In this document: piece by piece, positions 18,701-27,150 of the stretch
How the letters are laid out: the number at the start of each line of letters is the position of its first letter
Position numbering within the stretch: position 1 is the stretch's first letter
Assembly (NCBI GenBank): GCA_964558935.1
Contig: CAZLFP010000001.1
Span: forward strand, 83,260 to 147,259
Origin: an uncultured Gammaproteobacteria bacterium
Lineage (GTDB): Bacteria > Patescibacteriota > Patescibacteriia > 2-01-FULL-39-33
Direction: 5' to 3'
Length of the DNA: 64,000 bases
Notes under the pieces: model-generated
What the model saw: the letters and a program-made list of their open reading frames with translations, nothing else
The model's database searches: none
Told to the model about the DNA's origin: nothing
Made by a program: the position numbers and the translations under genes

Positions 18701-19250
18701 TATCAAACCAAAATAAATGACCAACCTCTTGGGTTTTAGATTTAGGTTTAAATGTTACAATTCTGTGATCCGATTCCAATGAATTTAATTCAGTATTAGC
18801 TGTCAATCCGTTTTTCGTAAAATTTGATGATCCAATAACTCCGACAGCATTATCAGAAGAATAATCTCCAAAAATATAACATTTTGCGTGCAAAAAATTC
18901 TTTCGATAAACTCGAACTTCTAAATTACCATTTTTAATCATTTCTTTTATTTCCTTAACTAATTCTTTTAATTCAGGGGTCGGCTGGATTCTTTCTAGAT
19001 CATAAAAAAAATCTTTATCAGGATAATCTGGCTCTGGTTCAAGTTTTTTATGTCTTGGGATAAGTGGTTCTCTACCAATTAGTAGCCTGACTTTTTTATA
19101 GTCTTTGATCAAACCAAAGACTTCTTGCATTCCTTTTAGATCCCAATACCCAGTTGCGATTGAGAGATTTTGATAGTTTGAAGTTATTGATTTTATTGTA
19201 TCTAATAAAACAACTCTATCATTATCAATGATTTTATGAAGATTTGACAT
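15759..19250 (-). CDS. Phospholipase-D-family (HKD) nuclease fused to an SNF2-family helicase/translocase
   Basis: 1163 aa. There is a single HKD motif (HAKCYIFGD...IGSSNFT). SNF2 motif I is LADSVGLGKTYTA, motif II VIDESHNLKN, motifs V/VI ILSEGQNLQDCG...QRNGRVNRLGS. Confidence 0.75.
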   Translation of the reverse strand: MSNLHKIIDNDRVVLLDTIKSITSNYQNLSIATGYWDLKGMQEVFGLIKDYKKVRLLIGREPLIPRHKKLEPEPDYPDKDFFYDLERIQPTPELKELVKEIKEMIKNGNLEVRVYRKNFLHAKCYIFGDYSSDNAVGVIGSSNFTKNGLTANTELNSLESDHRIVTFKPKSKTQEVGHLFWFDKFWDDPQTEEWNGQFTELLENSPAGDTLFSPYETYIKTLYDLYSDELIEENLDETIKGRYDLLDFQVKNVHALVRRLRKYKVAMLADSVGLGKTYTAIEVIKQYLNTESGQQRVEIICPKSLKTQWEKEMTIQGVLGLSPITLQNPNEIERKKELDNIASVSLFVIDESHNLKNRGGKRFDQIIEWIRNNPKAHVLLLTATPINNQLGDIVNQILLGTRGVADVLKVTSVDKKLKQTVQMSFYQAIENLQKKIKQDLKRDGSFDKNYVQQVMAPIIRAFVVRRTRQGIEKEYGGLNIGGKESHFPTVVPEVKKYGFNKEVAEEVKNLESNDVDLNKIYRLPIDKIVKNTNALLHPLDQIENLETEVDDEKFSNLSAVAFVYQIILLLGFVPYRWMMYQTKYYGKTRGEVKAMKLDERESKSLFLQLSIYGILRTMFLKRLESSVSAIRSSLDIYKRKLDVFEKGLDIGKIVSLKNLSNIEEMLGIGDEDFNPEDIKIDEEMELDDIDNKKYNTEALREDIRRERILIDILDRQLSVLGKDDSKIRSFAELLKNLQKEQPAGKKILVFSFYADTVEYLRESLPEYAEFITSENSAFISSKNRGDSENLANRFAPKAKNYKIKDDETELDYLFSTDILSEGQNLQDCGILVNYDLHWNPVRMIQRNGRVNRLGSKYDKVYIYNISPEAKLEEYLQLVERLEGKINLIKNTIGTDSPVLDELANPIEYTDNLKDIYSEDIQKRIEAMEKLEREADFLLAEDIFVADLKNFHLNNKLSEEYKDKIYNISLGKWAIMPNTVHRGEQRPDVLSFNNLRDENYEVIGHSFVSMLRDGSNFQAVTNLQALEWLRTTDNNNERVSDNISLDKQMIDGKVRQSIATYSEDDEIGAPLPQQTELLRILFESQTLEEDIEQVRLAFQTKNIIDQQIIRRLVRKIVKQKRANEGFLDELKELISLSYKTLDGKDKTIQSTSSKQVLYYVKDNK

Positions 19251-19406
19251 GTAATTGAATTTTAATAATTATAGATATTGTACTATTTTTGACCACAAAA
19301 GTAAAGTTATCACAAAAACAAAAATCGCCATTTATAGACGATTTTTGCATACAGAACTTGGGTGAAACGATTAATGACCCAATCGGGTCGGTTTCACCAA
19401 AATTCT

Positions 19407-19480
19407 TGGCTCGGAGGCAGGGATTCGAACCCCGATAGCCAGGACCAAAACCTGGAGTCCTACCATTAGACGACCTCCGA
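19407..19480 (-). tRNA. tRNA-Gln (anticodon UUG), CCA encoded
   Basis: Manual cloverleaf. Acceptor is TCGGAGG/CCTCCGA, D-arm GTCT/GGAC, anticodon loop TTTTGGT, T-arm CGGGG-TTCGAAT-CCCTG. Confidence 0.8.
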
Positions 19481-19502
19481 ATACTAGTTAACGATTACGT
19501 TA

Positions 19503-19586
19503 ACTATCTATTTTTCACTTTAGCCTTCTTGGTTCGCCATTTCAACTTAGGCACTTTAACCTTAGGGTCTGTTTTTTTCTTAGCCA
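19503..19586 (-). CDS. Possible 27-aa Lys-rich small ORF (MAKKKTDPKVKVPKLKWRTKKAKVKNR)
   Basis: The ATG lies 19 nt after an AAGGAGG. Very basic peptide. Could be spurious. Confidence 0.15.
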
Positions 19587-19663
19587 TATAATCTAGTTAA
19601 AAAACCCCTCCTTAAGAAAGGGATTTAATCACATATTAGCACAAAAAAGATGTATAGTCAAGT

Positions 19664-20581
19664 TTAAACTCTTAAGTATCTGCCCAAAGCCAAGCCACTG
19701 GCTGCTGTATTTAAAATAATAATACCGGCTAATTGACTGCCAAAAATAACCTGGAAATGCAGGTTGTAATAGTCTATTATGGTAAAGTCTAACCCACCAA
19801 AGAAATCGGCAATGTAGGGTTGCACAAATGAGAGCAGTCCGTAAATTAAGCCAATTGAAATACTGCAAGCAACCACTCCAGAAATTATATTCTCCAAAAT
19901 AAAGGGTGAGCGAATAAAGCCGTTATTGGCACCAACCAATTTCATAATTTCAATCTCTCCCCGATGGGTAAAAATGGCAATTCTAACCGTGTTATACACA
20001 ATTAAGATCGCAATAATGACAAAAATCCCGGCAATGATTAACCCACCTTTTTGGACGCTCTCGGTAATGGCATTAATTCTCTCAATCGCATCTTCATGAT
20101 CTTCATATGATGCCTTCTCAATTAAATCAGCGTAAGCTGGATTGTCCAAGGCACTTAAGATATCTGGGTAATCTTCCAAGTCTTTAGCTTTAACTATTAA
20201 AGTGGCACCCAAAGGATTGCCTTCCAGCTCGGTTAATGATTCTTGAATTGTGGCTTCATCTATATGTCTGAGTTTAAATTCTTCTAAATTTTGTTCGGGT
20301 GATTTGTAAATAATGCGGCTAATTTGAGGCATGGTTTCCAAGCTGGACTTCATGTCCTCAATTTTCACCTCTCTCACCTCAGGTTTGAAGTAGACGGAAA
20401 TATCTATCTTGTTCTTAACTTCCTGGATGGCCTGTTCTGACATGGCATTTATGACAATTAAAAAATTAATTGACATTAAAGTTAGGGTGATGATAAAAAT
20501 AGTGGCTAAAGACAGCCAAATATTCCTCCAAAAGGATTGGAAGGCGAATAAGAGACTACGACCAAATGAAATTAAAAACAT
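19664..20581 (-). CDS. ftsX: Cell-division ABC transporter permease FtsX
   Basis: 305 aa with 4 TM segments, paired with the upstream FtsE ATPase. Confidence 0.8.
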   Translation of the reverse strand: MFLISFGRSLLFAFQSFWRNIWLSLATIFIITLTLMSINFLIVINAMSEQAIQEVKNKIDISVYFKPEVREVKIEDMKSSLETMPQISRIIYKSPEQNLEEFKLRHIDEATIQESLTELEGNPLGATLIVKAKDLEDYPDILSALDNPAYADLIEKASYEDHEDAIERINAITESVQKGGLIIAGIFVIIAILIVYNTVRIAIFTHRGEIEIMKLVGANNGFIRSPFILENIISGVVACSISIGLIYGLLSFVQPYIADFFGGLDFTIIDYYNLHFQVIFGSQLAGIIILNTAASGLALGRYLRV

Positions 20582-20586
20582 AATGA

Positions 20587-21267
20587 TTAAATAACGTATT
20601 TACCTATTTTTTGATCTTGAACAATTTGTCCATCTTCTAAGGTAATAACTCTTTTTCTTAATTTATTAACGATATCTTTATTGTGAGTCACTAAGACAAC
20701 AGTTGTGCCAAAGTCATTGATTTTTTGCAATAATTCAATGATTTCCTGAGAATTAATAGCATCCAAATTACCGGTTGGCTCATCTGCCAACAATACCTTG
20801 GGTCGATGAATTAAGGATCTGGCAATGGCCACTCTTTGTCTTTCACCGCCAGACAGCTCTTGAGGGTAGCGATCCAACTTACCATCCAAATCTACAATTT
20901 TGAGCACTTGCGGCACGATTTGACGGATTTTACGACTGGAGGCTCCGGATACCTGCAAAGCAAAAGCGACGTTTTCAAAGACGGTTTTCTTGGGTAAAAG
21001 TTTAAAATCTTGAAAAACCACCCCAATTTGTCTTCTGAGTATGGGAATCTTACCTCTTCTAATACGTGTAATATCCCAACCACCAATGATGATTTGACCT
21101 TGATCTGGTTTAATTTCCGCAATCAACAGCCTGACAAGTGTGGTTTTACCGCATCCAGATTGACCCACGATTGAGACAAACTCACCCGGTTTGATGTGTA
21201 AGCTAACATTATTGAGAGCCGTGGTGTGTTTATCGAATTTTTTGCTAACTTTGATGATTTTTATCAT
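20587..21267 (-). CDS. ftsE: Cell-division ABC transporter ATPase FtsE
   Basis: Walker A GQSGCGKTT and ABC signature LSGGERQRVAIARSL. Confidence 0.85.
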   Translation of the reverse strand: MIKIIKVSKKFDKHTTALNNVSLHIKPGEFVSIVGQSGCGKTTLVRLLIAEIKPDQGQIIIGGWDITRIRRGKIPILRRQIGVVFQDFKLLPKKTVFENVAFALQVSGASSRKIRQIVPQVLKIVDLDGKLDRYPQELSGGERQRVAIARSLIHRPKVLLADEPTGNLDAINSQEIIELLQKINDFGTTVVLVTHNKDIVNKLRKRVITLEDGQIVQDQKIGKYVI

Positions 21268-21268
21268 A

Positions 21269-22069
21269 TTATTCTATTGCTGAAACTTTGACATTAATGA
21301 CTCCTTCCCAGGTAGGCGCCAAGACTTGAAAAGCGGTTTTGGATAAGTCAATGATCCTTTCTTGACAAGGACCCATGCTATCCAGTTCTTCTTGCGTCCA
21401 ATCTCGACACTCTTTGGGACCGTAGTCTTTGACACTGACTACGACAGATTGTTGATTCTCCAAATTAGTGACTTTTACTTGGGTGTCTAACTCAAAATCA
21501 CGACTGGCTGCGATTAACTGATTAGGGTATTTATAATGCACATACCAAGAAGCTTTACCGATTTGTTCTGCTGGTTCAAATAAGGCGAAAATGACAGACT
21601 TTTTATTAGGTATGTCAAAAGTCAAAGTCTGAGTGGTTGTATTGCGACGAACATCTAGTTTTTCAAAGCCTAACTGTCCCCAATTGTAATAGTATATGTC
21701 CTGGTTATGATTATCTGATGTGTAAGCGAGAGTAATCGTAGGCGGAAGATTGAACTGGTCGGTACCGGCTGGTGTAAAACGGATGGAATACAAATCACTG
21801 GCTGCCTGTTGGTTTTTCGGTAGTGTAAAATACCGGTAAATGCGTTCTTGTTTCACTAACCTGGTTAAGCGATAACTGAGTTTGCCTTGCGGACTACTGG
21901 TGGCAATTTCCAAAGTGACTTGTCCTTGAGGTGATGTGTAGGTAAATAACTCGTCTAATGGATAGTCTATGGCTTGTAAGCTCAGAAAATCTTCAGCCGC
22001 TGCTGGGTTAAAACAGGTCAGGCCAAAGCCTAGACTAATTATACAGTAAATAATTGTTTTTTTAAACAT
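21269..22069 (-). CDS. Secreted RlpA-like protein (C-terminal double-psi beta-barrel)
   Basis: Signal peptide. The C-terminus carries KASWY...NGQSVVVSVKDYGP...RIIDLSKTAFQVLA, resembling RlpA/expansin DPBB. Confidence 0.55.
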   Translation of the reverse strand: MFKKTIIYCIISLGFGLTCFNPAAAEDFLSLQAIDYPLDELFTYTSPQGQVTLEIATSSPQGKLSYRLTRLVKQERIYRYFTLPKNQQAASDLYSIRFTPAGTDQFNLPPTITLAYTSDNHNQDIYYYNWGQLGFEKLDVRRNTTTQTLTFDIPNKKSVIFALFEPAEQIGKASWYVHYKYPNQLIAASRDFELDTQVKVTNLENQQSVVVSVKDYGPKECRDWTQEELDSMGPCQERIIDLSKTAFQVLAPTWEGVINVKVSAIE

Positions 22070-22093
22070 TTTTAGTTATAGTAATAGTGGATT

Positions 22094-22166
22094 GCCTGCG
22101 TAGCTCAGTTGGTAGAGCAATGGTATCGTAAACCAGTGGTCGTCAGTTCGAATCTGACCGTGGGCT
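22094..22166 (+). tRNA. tRNA-Thr (anticodon CGU)
   Basis: Manual cloverleaf. D-arm is GCTC-AGTTGGTA-GAGC, anticodon loop ATCGTAA, T-arm GTCAG-TTCGAAT-CTGAC. Confidence 0.7.
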
Positions 22167-22169
22167 TAA

Positions 22170-23411
22170 TTATAACGGGATATATTCCTTAATATCTGCT
22201 TGTTGGTACAGGTTTTTTAAATGTTGAGTTACATCGACTCGGATTAATATGTGGGCCAATTTAACCGCTTGTTTACCTGTTTCAGCGTCAGTTAATTTTT
22301 GATTAACTTTAAAAATATGGTAACCAGAGCGGTTGGGAACTACTTGGTCGTATACCGTATGATTAGGCAGGCTGAAAATGATCTGTTCCAAATCAGGACT
22401 TAATTCTCCCTGGTTAATCCAGCCCAAGTCTCCACCGGTATTTACACCGCTTTCATCCTGAGTGAATTGTCCGGCAATTAAACTAAAATCGGCCGGATTA
22501 TCCATTGCAATATTTAATATATCTTGTGCCTGGTCTTTAGCGCTTTGGTTTATCTCTAAACTGGCATCCTGAGCAATTAGCTCTTGTAACTTATCCTGCA
22601 TTAACAGGGGCAACAGGACTTTGTATTTAAATTCATCCAAACTGAGTTTGTATAAATCGGCAATCGCATTTTTGGCATCTTGTGGATTACCGAATTGAGC
22701 TAACAGAGCATTCATGCGGTTATCTAATTCATCTTCAGTGACTTCAGCTTGGTATCTGTTGAGTTCATCTTTAATCAACTCCATCATGACCAAACGATTA
22801 AAAATTTGTTTTTCCATGTCTAATTGTTCAGCCGGTAGCAAGCTAACCCCAGCTCCTTCTCTTTCTTGGTCTACGGCAGCTTGAAGCAGAGCTAAATCTG
22901 ACCAGTAATCCGACAACTTAATCTTATGACCATTGACCTGTCCGGCCGGTAGAGATAGATATTTTGCGACTTGCTGACTAATTAACCCATGCCATTGCCA
23001 ATTGTATATGCCGTAGATATTTGCACCCAAAGCTAGTCCCAGTAAAATTAGAGCGGTTAACAGACCATGCCACCAGGTTAGACGAAAACCGATTTTAGGT
23101 TTGGTAACCCGTTGTTGGGTTGTGTATTCTGTTTTTTTAAGCTCTTCCCATTTAACATCTTCTGGTTGCTCAATAACTGAAACCACTTTTTCTTCCAAGG
23201 CTCTTTCTGGCACCCTTTTTGGCTTAGATTTACCGACTTTCTTGCGAACAACCTTTTTGAGAGGTGTTTGAACTTGTGAGGTCTTGACAGTTTTTTTGGC
23301 GGTTTTCTTACGTATGGTCTTTGTTGGAGTCTTAACCTTATTTAACTCACTTAAAATATTAGCTTTTAATTCGGATTTTTTAGTTTGTGATTTGGTTGAT
23401 TTAGCAGGCAT
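22170..23411 (-). CDS. Membrane-anchored parvulin-type peptidyl-prolyl isomerase (PrsA/PpiD-like)
   Basis: Lys-rich N-terminus, one TM segment, and a C-terminal parvulin domain (GGDLGWINQGELSPDLEQIIFSL...SGYHIFKV). Confidence 0.65.
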   Translation of the reverse strand: MPAKSTKSQTKKSELKANILSELNKVKTPTKTIRKKTAKKTVKTSQVQTPLKKVVRKKVGKSKPKRVPERALEEKVVSVIEQPEDVKWEELKKTEYTTQQRVTKPKIGFRLTWWHGLLTALILLGLALGANIYGIYNWQWHGLISQQVAKYLSLPAGQVNGHKIKLSDYWSDLALLQAAVDQEREGAGVSLLPAEQLDMEKQIFNRLVMMELIKDELNRYQAEVTEDELDNRMNALLAQFGNPQDAKNAIADLYKLSLDEFKYKVLLPLLMQDKLQELIAQDASLEINQSAKDQAQDILNIAMDNPADFSLIAGQFTQDESGVNTGGDLGWINQGELSPDLEQIIFSLPNHTVYDQVVPNRSGYHIFKVNQKLTDAETGKQAVKLAHILIRVDVTQHLKNLYQQADIKEYIPL

Positions 23412-23419
23412 AATTCTGA

Positions 23420-23854
23420 TTATGATTCAGGCTGGAAAAAGTATCTCCACCATTTAATGGGATTGGATACCTCTTGTTGGTCATTGGGTATGATAATTCC
23501 GCCAATAATTTGATCGCCTTGTTGTATGGTGTTCTTTGGAGCCTTGTCAGGTTGGTCGGGACGCATGATAATGACCGCTTGTTCATTGGGTTTTTTCAGG
23601 CCAAGTTTTAACCTGGCTTCCTTTTCCAGTCGGTTGCTTTCTGACCAATTGGATATTAAATTGCCAATTTCCTGGTTTTCCTTTTCCAGAGCCGCAATTT
23701 CATTTTCTAAACCAGTAATTTGTTTGTTGATCTGTTGCCGGTTGATTAATTCCTTAACCAAACCAACACTAAAAAAAATCAGGAACAAACTACTGACAGC
23801 TATCGCAACTCTCGCTTTTGTGATTAATTTTCGTTTGGTAAGCTTTCTAAACAT
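23420..23854 (-). CDS. ftsB: Septum formation initiator FtsB/DivIC family
   Basis: 144 aa with an N-terminal TM segment and a coiled coil (ITGLENEIAALEKENQEI). Confidence 0.6.
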   Translation of the reverse strand: MFRKLTKRKLITKARVAIAVSSLFLIFFSVGLVKELINRQQINKQITGLENEIAALEKENQEIGNLISNWSESNRLEKEARLKLGLKKPNEQAVIIMRPDQPDKAPKNTIQQGDQIIGGIIIPNDQQEVSNPIKWWRYFFQPES

Positions 23855-23877
23855 GATTATTATAGCATAAAAAATAG

Positions 23878-24507
23878 TTAGTCAGCAATTAAACGTTCAT
23901 ATTGTTGACTGCCTAGCTTGGTCTTAATTTTATTGAGTAGTTTTAGGGCAGCTTGGTTGTTCTTATCCTGCTTCTGTGCGACATAGACTTCCTGTAGAGT
24001 CACAATTTGATCAACTAATGCTTGTGGTTGAGCAATATTGGGCAGTTTCAATTTACTATGATTGTTTAAACTGATATAAATATCTCCGATTTTTAAAATC
24101 GATTTAACCACACCATGACATTGGTAGGAAATATCTTGGATTTGACTGTAAACTACACTGACAACCGACCGACTCAAAATGTTTTTTTGTTCCACTTCTA
24201 TTAGACGACGATTGGTTAAGAGAATAACCGTATAGTGGTATTTCAAATAGGTTCGGATTAACCAGAGAAGACTGACTATAATTAAAGATACAAAAATAAT
24301 TATACCTGCTTGACCTTGATGAAATAAAGGATAGATCAGAAAAAAAGGCAGTGCCAATATCACTAATCCGACTAAGACAGGTAAAACAATGATCCAGATT
24401 GAACGCCTGGTCAGAGATTGTGTATATTCATTGGGTGTGTATTTAACTGCCGAGGGCCACATGTTTGATTTGACTTCTAACAATAAAATAATATTTAACA
24501 ACTTCAA
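23878..24507 (-). CDS. Membrane protein with a bacterial PH (bPH_2/YdbS-like) domain
   Basis: Two TM segments followed by a PH-like region. Confidence 0.45.
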   Translation of the reverse strand: MKLLNIILLLEVKSNMWPSAVKYTPNEYTQSLTRRSIWIIVLPVLVGLVILALPFFLIYPLFHQGQAGIIIFVSLIIVSLLWLIRTYLKYHYTVILLTNRRLIEVEQKNILSRSVVSVVYSQIQDISYQCHGVVKSILKIGDIYISLNNHSKLKLPNIAQPQALVDQIVTLQEVYVAQKQDKNNQAALKLLNKIKTKLGSQQYERLIAD

Positions 24508-27142
24508 TCAGTAGGATTTTAATAATGCCAAAAGATATAATTACACTCCATTCCAACCAGCCAATATGAATTGTCTTAAAAATCGGTTGTAACCAAGGCA
24601 GATATATGGCAGCCAGCATGACTAGTAAGCCAATAAACACTGACCCCAGTAAGTATTTGTTTTGGAACAAGTTGCTTTTAAAAATCGTTTTACGCATAGT
24701 TCTAACACTAAAGACATACAACAGAGAATCAAAACCCAAAGCAGCAAAGATGACTGTCCGAATATAGTTTAGGTCTGTGTAGTGTCTGAGTAGGTAGAAA
24801 AACAGGCCAAGCAAGATGATATCTGTAACGATTCCAATAATGAAGATCAAAATTTTCATTTCACGGTTCATTATTTTTTCCTCCTTTTTTCTGGGAGGAT
24901 CCTGCATAATACCCGGTTCTCCAGGTTCCAAGGTCATGGCGATATTAGGCAGGCCGTCTGCCACCAAATTAATCCACAGGATTTGAGTTGCCAAAATGGG
25001 CAAAGGCAAACCCAATACAATACTACCGGTAATTAAGATCATCTCCGAAAAACTATCTGCCAGCAAATAGACAATGATCTTACGAATGTTATCAAAAATA
25101 ATTCTACCCTGTCGAATGGCCGCTACAATGACGCTAAAATTATTGTCCAGCAGAATGATATCGGCTGTTTCTTTGGTTACATCTGAACCGTCTCCCAAGG
25201 CAATGCCAATATCAGCCGCTTTTAGAGCTGGGGCGTCGTTTACACCATCGCCTGTCATGGCCACTACTTCCCCATTAGCTTGCCAAGCATCAACAATCCT
25301 TAACTTATGTCTGGGCTCAACTCTGGCATAGATGTCAATCTCTTTAATCTTGGTCTGTAGCGTTTTATCATCCCACTTATCTATCGCTTGGCCTTCAACC
25401 AAATTATGGTTAATTTTAATCCCCAGTTCTTCGTAAATAGCTTTTGCTGTTAAGCGATGGTCACCGGTGATCATTATGGGTCTTATCCCCGCTTTTAAAC
25501 ATTGCTGAATGGCTTGTTTGGCTTCTTCACGTAAAGGATCTTTTAAGGCTACAAAACCCAAAAAAACCAAGTCATCCAGATTATTTTCCAGTGGCTGGTC
25601 TATTTTACTGTCTGTTTTGTAGGCAAAGGCCAGCAGTCTTAATCCTTGCTTGGTTAATTTTTCATACTGACTAATTAAGGCTTTGCGTTTGTTGACAGTC
25701 AATTTAATTTTTTGACTGTTAATTAAAACTCTTTGGCATTTGTCTAAGACAATTTCCGGTGCTCCTTTCATGAAAACATGGCTGTGTTTAGCCTGCTGAT
25801 GTCGGTTTAAGGTCGCCATGTATTTGTTTTCTGAACTGAAAGGAATTTCAGCTATTCTTAGATATTCTTTTTCCAGCTGATGCTTGTCATACCCAGATTG
25901 AATACCGGCCAACAGCAGTGCCGCTTCCGTCGGATCACCTATAATCTTTAATTCAGCCATTTTCGCTTCTGGATTTTCCACATCCGCATTGTTACACAGG
26001 ACACCGGTTTTAATGACCAAATCATGCACCTTCTCTAATGTAGATTGCTCCACAAAGGAAGAGATTTTAAGTTCATCTTGAGCCGTAATAATGGTATCTA
26101 CCTGCATTTTACCTTCTGTTAAAGTGCCGGTTTTGTCTGTGCAAATAATGGAAGTGCTACCCAAGGTTTCAGCGGCTAACAATTTTCTGACCAGAGCTTT
26201 TCTTTTTAAAATCACTTGCATGCCAATGGTAAGTACAATAGTGACTGAGACTAACAAACCTTCAGGAATAGCTGCTACCGCTAATGCTACAGTGATAATG
26301 AACATATCTACCGGATTCTGTCCGTTTAGAAAGCCGATTGTAAAAACCAGAAAAGCCAAACTAACCACCATTACTGTCAGCCAATTGCTAAATTGAATTA
26401 ATTTTAATTGCAGGGGTGTCAAATCTTCCTCAGCTTGGTGAATTAAGCTGGTAATCCGACCAATTTCTGTATTATGACCGGTATTGCAAACCACTGCCAA
26501 GCCAATACCTCTGGCCACTAAAGTACCCATATACACCATATTTTCCCGATCAGCCATGGCCACACCCTTCTTTAAGGGTTGAGTTTTTTTACGTGAAGGT
26601 TCAGATTCTCCCGTCAAACTGGCTTCAATTACAGACAGATTGTCGGCTTTAAACAAACGACAATCTGCCGGTACTTTGTTGCCGGCTTCCAAATAGATAA
26701 CATCTCCTGGCACTAGCAGACTGGCATCAATTTTCAATTTGTGACCATCACGGCTAACAATGGCTTCTTGACTGACAATTTTTTGCAAATGCTCAATGGC
26801 TTGGTTGGCTTTGTATTCCTGCCAAAAACCAAAAATGGTGTTAATGAAAACAGCAAAAAAAATAACACCGGCATCAGTCAGGTGGTTTAAAAAAATAGAT
26901 ACAGTGCCAGCAAAAAATAGTATGTAAACCAAAGGTGATTTAATCTGGTTTAACAAAATTTCCAGCCAAGAATGCTTGCGTTCCTCCGGTAGAATGTTTT
27001 TTCCGACTTGCTTCAGTCTATGTTCAGCTGTTGCAGTTGTTAAACCTTGTTTACTGGTTTTTAATTTTTTGACAGTTTCAGAAATGGTCAGACTATGCCA
27101 ATTGGTTTGTGCTAGTTTGGAGAATCTGGGGGTTTGAGCCAT
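24443..27142 (-). CDS. P-type ATPase, Ca2+-transporting type (P2A/P2B)
   Basis: 899 aa with CTDKTGTLT, MITGDHRLTA and TGDGVNDAPALK. Confidence 0.85.
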   Translation of the reverse strand: MAQTPRFSKLAQTNWHSLTISETVKKLKTSKQGLTTATAEHRLKQVGKNILPEERKHSWLEILLNQIKSPLVYILFFAGTVSIFLNHLTDAGVIFFAVFINTIFGFWQEYKANQAIEHLQKIVSQEAIVSRDGHKLKIDASLLVPGDVIYLEAGNKVPADCRLFKADNLSVIEASLTGESEPSRKKTQPLKKGVAMADRENMVYMGTLVARGIGLAVVCNTGHNTEIGRITSLIHQAEEDLTPLQLKLIQFSNWLTVMVVSLAFLVFTIGFLNGQNPVDMFIITVALAVAAIPEGLLVSVTIVLTIGMQVILKRKALVRKLLAAETLGSTSIICTDKTGTLTEGKMQVDTIITAQDELKISSFVEQSTLEKVHDLVIKTGVLCNNADVENPEAKMAELKIIGDPTEAALLLAGIQSGYDKHQLEKEYLRIAEIPFSSENKYMATLNRHQQAKHSHVFMKGAPEIVLDKCQRVLINSQKIKLTVNKRKALISQYEKLTKQGLRLLAFAYKTDSKIDQPLENNLDDLVFLGFVALKDPLREEAKQAIQQCLKAGIRPIMITGDHRLTAKAIYEELGIKINHNLVEGQAIDKWDDKTLQTKIKEIDIYARVEPRHKLRIVDAWQANGEVVAMTGDGVNDAPALKAADIGIALGDGSDVTKETADIILLDNNFSVIVAAIRQGRIIFDNIRKIIVYLLADSFSEMILITGSIVLGLPLPILATQILWINLVADGLPNIAMTLEPGEPGIMQDPPRKKEEKIMNREMKILIFIIGIVTDIILLGLFFYLLRHYTDLNYIRTVIFAALGFDSLLYVFSVRTMRKTIFKSNLFQNKYLLGSVFIGLLVMLAAIYLPWLQPIFKTIHIGWLEWSVIISFGIIKILLIEVVKYYFIVRSQIKHVALGS

Positions 27143-27150
27143 GTCTAGAA

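Noticed and set aside
19629-19868. ORF 19629..19868 (-) overlapping the end of ftsX
   Set aside because: It is a shadow frame of the ftsX C-terminus.
23401-23870. ORFs 23401..23586 (-) and 23526..23870 (+) overlapping ftsB
   Set aside because: They are alternative frames of the ftsB region. The FtsB frame has a TM segment plus coiled coil and fits the division cluster.
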